A stretch of 64,000 nt of DNA from an uncultured Methanoregulaceae archaeon (GTDB lineage Archaea; Halobacteriota; Methanomicrobia; Methanomicrobiales; Methanospirillaceae), in NCBI GenBank assembly GCA_963717525.1, contig OY970343.1, positions 256,001 through 320,000 of the forward strand, in the 5' to 3' direction. Position 1 is the stretch's first letter, and each line of letters starts with the position of its first letter. Below, piece by piece: positions 60,279 to 64,000 of this stretch. The notes beneath the pieces were generated by a model that was not told where the DNA came from, searched no databases, and saw nothing but the letters and a program-made list of their open reading frames with translations. The position numbers and the translations under genes are program-made.

Positions 60279-62377
60279 GTATTTCCCTCATTTTTAAAGG
60301 CTAATGCAACAATTGCTCCATTCTTGAATTCATCCGGAACTGAAAAATCGCCCAGATCAGGGAAAATCAATAATCCTCCATGGACTTCCATAATTTCTTT
60401 CGCAATATGCAATCCCAGTCCCATTCCGTCAGGTTTGCCTGATACGAATGGTTTGGTAATTTCTTCAGTAGGCAAACCAAAACCCGGGCCGTTGTCTGCA
60501 ATAATTATTGAAAGATATCCAGGCAAATCATTGGAAAGGCTGATATAGATTTTTTTATTTTTAATGTTACCATATTCCAACCACCAGATAGAATTATCCA
60601 GAATATTCAAAATTGAACCGATAATGAGATTTCTTGCAACTTTACAGTCAGAATCTTCATTAAAATTCTTATAATCACGGGAAATTTCAATTTTATGAGA
60701 TTCCAAGCGGAATTCAATATTAAAAATTGCTTGCTCAATCAGATTTTTCAAATTCTGTTTTTTCTTATCTGATTTTTTAATAATCAGACTATAACCTTCG
60801 ATTAAATCTGCCAAATGTTTAATAAGCGTAGTAATTTTATTCGAGGGTTTTTCCGTCTTGATTACTTCATTTAATTCTGATATTATTTTGTCAATTTCGT
60901 GAATGACAATGCTTAAACTTAAACCCGCTCCTGCACTTCTTAAGAGTGTTTCACTGATAAAATTATAATCGTCATTTATTCTTTTGAGATATACTTTAAT
61001 TTCCTCTCTAACGGATTCTTCTTTAATTTGTTCATCAACAATTTTATTTAATTCTTCCAAGTTTGAAATGACCGGTTTTGATTTTGGATTTGATCCATAA
61101 AAGGTTCGTAATTTTTCTTTATCAATACCTCTTAGCGTTTCTACAAGACTTAGAACGTAAAGGATAGATTGCGCAAATGTAAAATACGCATCATTTTCAA
61201 TAAATCCTTCTCTGTTGGTTTTTTCAATCAAATCAGAACTTTTTTCCCGGTCGAGTTCGATTGCACTGATAATTAAATTATTACTGACTCTTTTCGTTGG
61301 AATATTGACTCTGCGGATATCAAGGGAAAGCCAATCATTCCCTTCCTCACCATAATCATATACTCTGATTCCGTCGCGATAAACACGGATCCCTCCGTTA
61401 TTATCTAAAAATTCCTTTAATCCTTTTTTGTCTTGAACACCAAGGGCAAGAATTTTTGGTTGTCTGTCAAAAATATAGCCCTCAAACTTGATTGTACCTA
61501 TTTGATATTTCCCTAAATCAATGGGCTCTTGTGATTTATCTACCATCCTTAAAAGTTTTGAAATATGCTCATCATCCTCTTTTACTGTATGAGGCTCTAA
61601 TTTCTTCATCGCTTTCAAGGGAGTAAAATTATAATTGAATTTTTTTATATAATTACCTTCAATTTCAACATTAAATCTGAATAATGCATTTTCCTTAAAG
61701 TTTTTAATAGTCAAAAGGCCTTTCAGCCAATCCTCTTTGTCAACATTAAACTTTGGTTTAAAGGAATCGGGCGAATCAAATGGCGAACAGATTGAAGTTA
61801 TTGCTCTGGAGACTTCTCTGACTTTTCCTCGGTTCCACGGGGTTCGGAATTTTTTGATGATAATTTTTGTTCCGGTATTCTCTCCAGTAAAGATTTCCGG
61901 ATCACGCTCAAAAATTGAAATTGTTACATCATCCAAATAGTCAGGCACCCCAAATTTTTTTTCCCAGTCAAAACTTAAAAAAATCTCGGGATTATCTTTT
62001 TTTCTTGTAATCAATTCGATTAAATTGCCTAATTTATGGGCTCCAAAGCGGCCTATGCCTTTCTCTCCAAGAGGTAATCTGTGATATTTGGGCGTACGTT
62101 CTTTTTTATCGAATAATTTTTGTTTATAATCGTTTCCAGGTTCCATCCATATTGTCTCAATTGTATTCAAATCCATACCAGATCCATCATCTTCAATGAT
62201 GATTTCCCCTTTTTCTGGAAACTCAGGATTTTTCATAAAAATATTGGCATAAGATGCGTCAGCATCATAAGAATTTTTCACAAGTTCGAGTAAGGCAATA
62301 CTCTCATTTTTGATTAATTGATCGCCTAATTGAAGGAGGATTCGTGCCTTTGGTTTGAATTTCAATTCTTTCGGCAT
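60275..62377 (-). CDS. MORC-like GHKL ATPase fused to a histidine kinase
   Basis: N-terminal ELVKNSYDADA, EDDGSGM, GEKGIGRF; C-terminal VIHEI (H-box), NILDNS, ADNGPG, PFVSGK..GMGLGL. Confidence 0.88.
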   Translation of the reverse strand: MPKELKFKPKARILLQLGDQLIKNESIALLELVKNSYDADASYANIFMKNPEFPEKGEIIIEDDGSGMDLNTIETIWMEPGNDYKQKLFDKKERTPKYHRLPLGEKGIGRFGAHKLGNLIELITRKKDNPEIFLSFDWEKKFGVPDYLDDVTISIFERDPEIFTGENTGTKIIIKKFRTPWNRGKVREVSRAITSICSPFDSPDSFKPKFNVDKEDWLKGLLTIKNFKENALFRFNVEIEGNYIKKFNYNFTPLKAMKKLEPHTVKEDDEHISKLLRMVDKSQEPIDLGKYQIGTIKFEGYIFDRQPKILALGVQDKKGLKEFLDNNGGIRVYRDGIRVYDYGEEGNDWLSLDIRRVNIPTKRVSNNLIISAIELDREKSSDLIEKTNREGFIENDAYFTFAQSILYVLSLVETLRGIDKEKLRTFYGSNPKSKPVISNLEELNKIVDEQIKEESVREEIKVYLKRINDDYNFISETLLRSAGAGLSLSIVIHEIDKIISELNEVIKTEKPSNKITTLIKHLADLIEGYSLIIKKSDKKKQNLKNLIEQAIFNIEFRLESHKIEISRDYKNFNEDSDCKVARNLIIGSILNILDNSIWWLEYGNIKNKKIYISLSNDLPGYLSIIIADNGPGFGLPTEEITKPFVSGKPDGMGLGLHIAKEIMEVHGGLLIFPDLGDFSVPDEFKNGAIVALAFKNEGNT

Positions 62378-62492
62378 AGAAGCATCGCCATAATACTTTT
62401 GCAATCAATGCTTGCTTTCATAGTAAGTATTATTTCGCATTCAAATCTGGAAGAGAGGAGTTATATTTAGGAAATTTGAATTGCTAATATAT

Positions 62493-62912
62493 ATGTCCGA
62501 TGTCCTCACTCAGGAACAGCGGAAACTCAACATGTCCCACATACGGGCAAAAAACACCGGGCCTGAGGTAAAACTCCGGAAACTGCTCTTTGCGAAAGGA
62601 TTCAGAGGATACCGGATTCACTTTGATCTCCTTGGTAAACCCGACATCGTATTCACAAAAAAGAAAATAGCCATTTTTATAGATGGCTGTTTCTGGCATA
62701 AATGCCCGGTCTGCTTTCAGGAGCCGGAGACCCGAAAAGAGTTCTGGATGAAGAAGATTCAGTCCAATATTGATCGCGATAAAAAAGTCAATGAACAGTT
62801 AAAATCAGAGGGCTGGACAATAATCCGGATCTGGGAACATGATGTCAGAAAAAAACCGGATGATGCTATAAAAAAGATAACAGAAACTCTGGAAAAAACT
62901 AGTAAAAAGTGA
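62493..62912 (+). CDS. vsr: Very short patch repair endonuclease
   Basis: MSDVLT.EQR..NMS.I..KNT.PE, GKPDIVF, FIDGCFWH.CP, IWEH. Confidence 0.95.
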   Translation: MSDVLTQEQRKLNMSHIRAKNTGPEVKLRKLLFAKGFRGYRIHFDLLGKPDIVFTKKKIAIFIDGCFWHKCPVCFQEPETRKEFWMKKIQSNIDRDKKVNEQLKSEGWTIIRIWEHDVRKKPDDAIKKITETLEKTSKK

Positions 62913-62913
62913 A

Positions 62914-64000
62914 TTAATTGTAAATCTTTTCCAATTCTCGCAATACAGATTTCCCGATTGCTTTTGCGAGCAATGGCGGGACGGCATTTCCAACCTGCCG
63001 GAACTGCTCTGTTCTCGGGCCCTCAAAGAAGAAATTATCCGGGAATGACTGGCAGCGGGCGGCCTCCCTGACGGTAAAGGATCTGCATTGTTCAATGTCA
63101 GGATGGATAAAATAATGGCCATCTTTTGAGAGATGTGCAGTAACGGTTGATGCTGGTTTTTCCCGCCACTGGACTTTGAACCGATCAACAAATTTGTCGT
63201 TATTTTTCTTTTTATGTTCAGGTGCGAGATCGGATCTTTCCGAAAGCAAATCTTTCAATGTGGCGGATTTGCCGGTATTTTGACAATATTCAATAAAAAA
63301 CCGGTATCGATCAAGATCCGATTGCATATGAGCCCGGGCAAAATGATTAACCACACCCGGAGAATTCTTCCGCATTTTTTTCTGATAGACAGTACGCGGT
63401 TCATTTTCCGGATATTCGGAGTAAAAACGATTATTCCCATAACCGGGTTTAAGTTCCGGTAAATCACCGATCGCATCTTCTACGGTAATTTGCAGATTTT
63501 TCGGTTTTTTCTTCCTTTGTAATTTTTCGTACATTCTGAAAATCCCAGGGTTTTTTTCTTCCAGGCCTTCTTTGAAACCTATCAGAATCAGCCGTCTTCT
63601 GGTTTGAGGTACTCCAAAATTAACGCTGTTGAGGATATAATGATGAGGGTTTTCCGTTACTTTGTCGAGAGGGGGAATAATCGTGTATGATGGTGAAAGA
63701 TCGGAAAAATCCTTAAGTAGTTTCTGAAAAATTTTCTGCCCTCCGGTGGTAGCAGAAAACAGACCAGGTACGTTTTCATAGATGAATACATCCGGCTTAA
63801 AATGTCTGAGGAGCTCGAAGATAATGCCGGTAGAGGAAATTCTTTTTTTCGATATCCTCCTTTTTTTTCTCGTCCAGATCCTTCATCACCCAAGCTCTGT
63901 TGATTATTGAGTAAGGCTGGCATGGCGGCCCCCCCAAAAACACATTGATCGAATGAGGTGGGTTATGAAAATGTACACTATTTTCAATTTGCTGTATCAC
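62914..64000 (-). CDS. dcm: DNA (cytosine-5) methyltransferase, 5' partial and frameshifted
   Basis: GGPPCQ (motif IV), FIYENVPG (VI), NFGVPQTRRR (VIII) and TVREAARCQSFPD / QVGNAVPP (IX/X) across several frames. Confidence 0.88.

Larger units (their letters stand above)
55490..64000. mobile_element. Putative integrated element/genomic island at tRNA-Asp (right end outside the window)
   Basis: Integrase beside the tRNA 3' end, small hypothetical ORFs and a sharply AT-rich defence-type cassette. Confidence 0.7.

Overview
Archaeal chromosomal DNA whose gene content and order fit a Methanomicrobiales (Methanoregula-like) methanogen; this assignment is inferred. Most of the window is housekeeping: purN, RNase P subunits, ribosomal proteins, ftsY/srp54, trmY/pus10, rpo4, ksgA, trm1, DGGGP synthase, hdrA-like, mtnA, pyrBI, a Wbp-like sugar trio, moaC, the rpl15e-psmA-SBDS-rpo12-pcc1-pfdB cluster, a leuA/cimA-family gene and four host tRNAs (Glu-CTC, Arg-CCT, intron-containing Tyr-GTA, Asp-GTC). 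Many essential genes carry single-base frameshifts, most likely sequencing indels. Two accessory regions stand out. (1) A complete 3,041-bp transposon (31167-34207; 14-bp TIRs, 9-bp TSD) encodes a SWIM-DDE transposase, an AbrB-type regulator, a zinc-finger microprotein, a winged-helix protein and two tandem non-canonical tRNA-like genes whose anticodons disagree with their identity elements: a short-variable-arm tRNA(GCU) with an Arg-type body, and a Pyl-shaped tRNA(UGU) with a His-type G-1:C73 end and encoded CCA. This is the best candidate for an undescribed system. (2) An integrase-linked island after tRNA-Asp carries an AT-rich module of MORC-type ATPase/histidine kinase, receiver protein, Vsr and C5-methyltransferase. 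A structured GC-rich intergenic repeat family also occurs two or three times.
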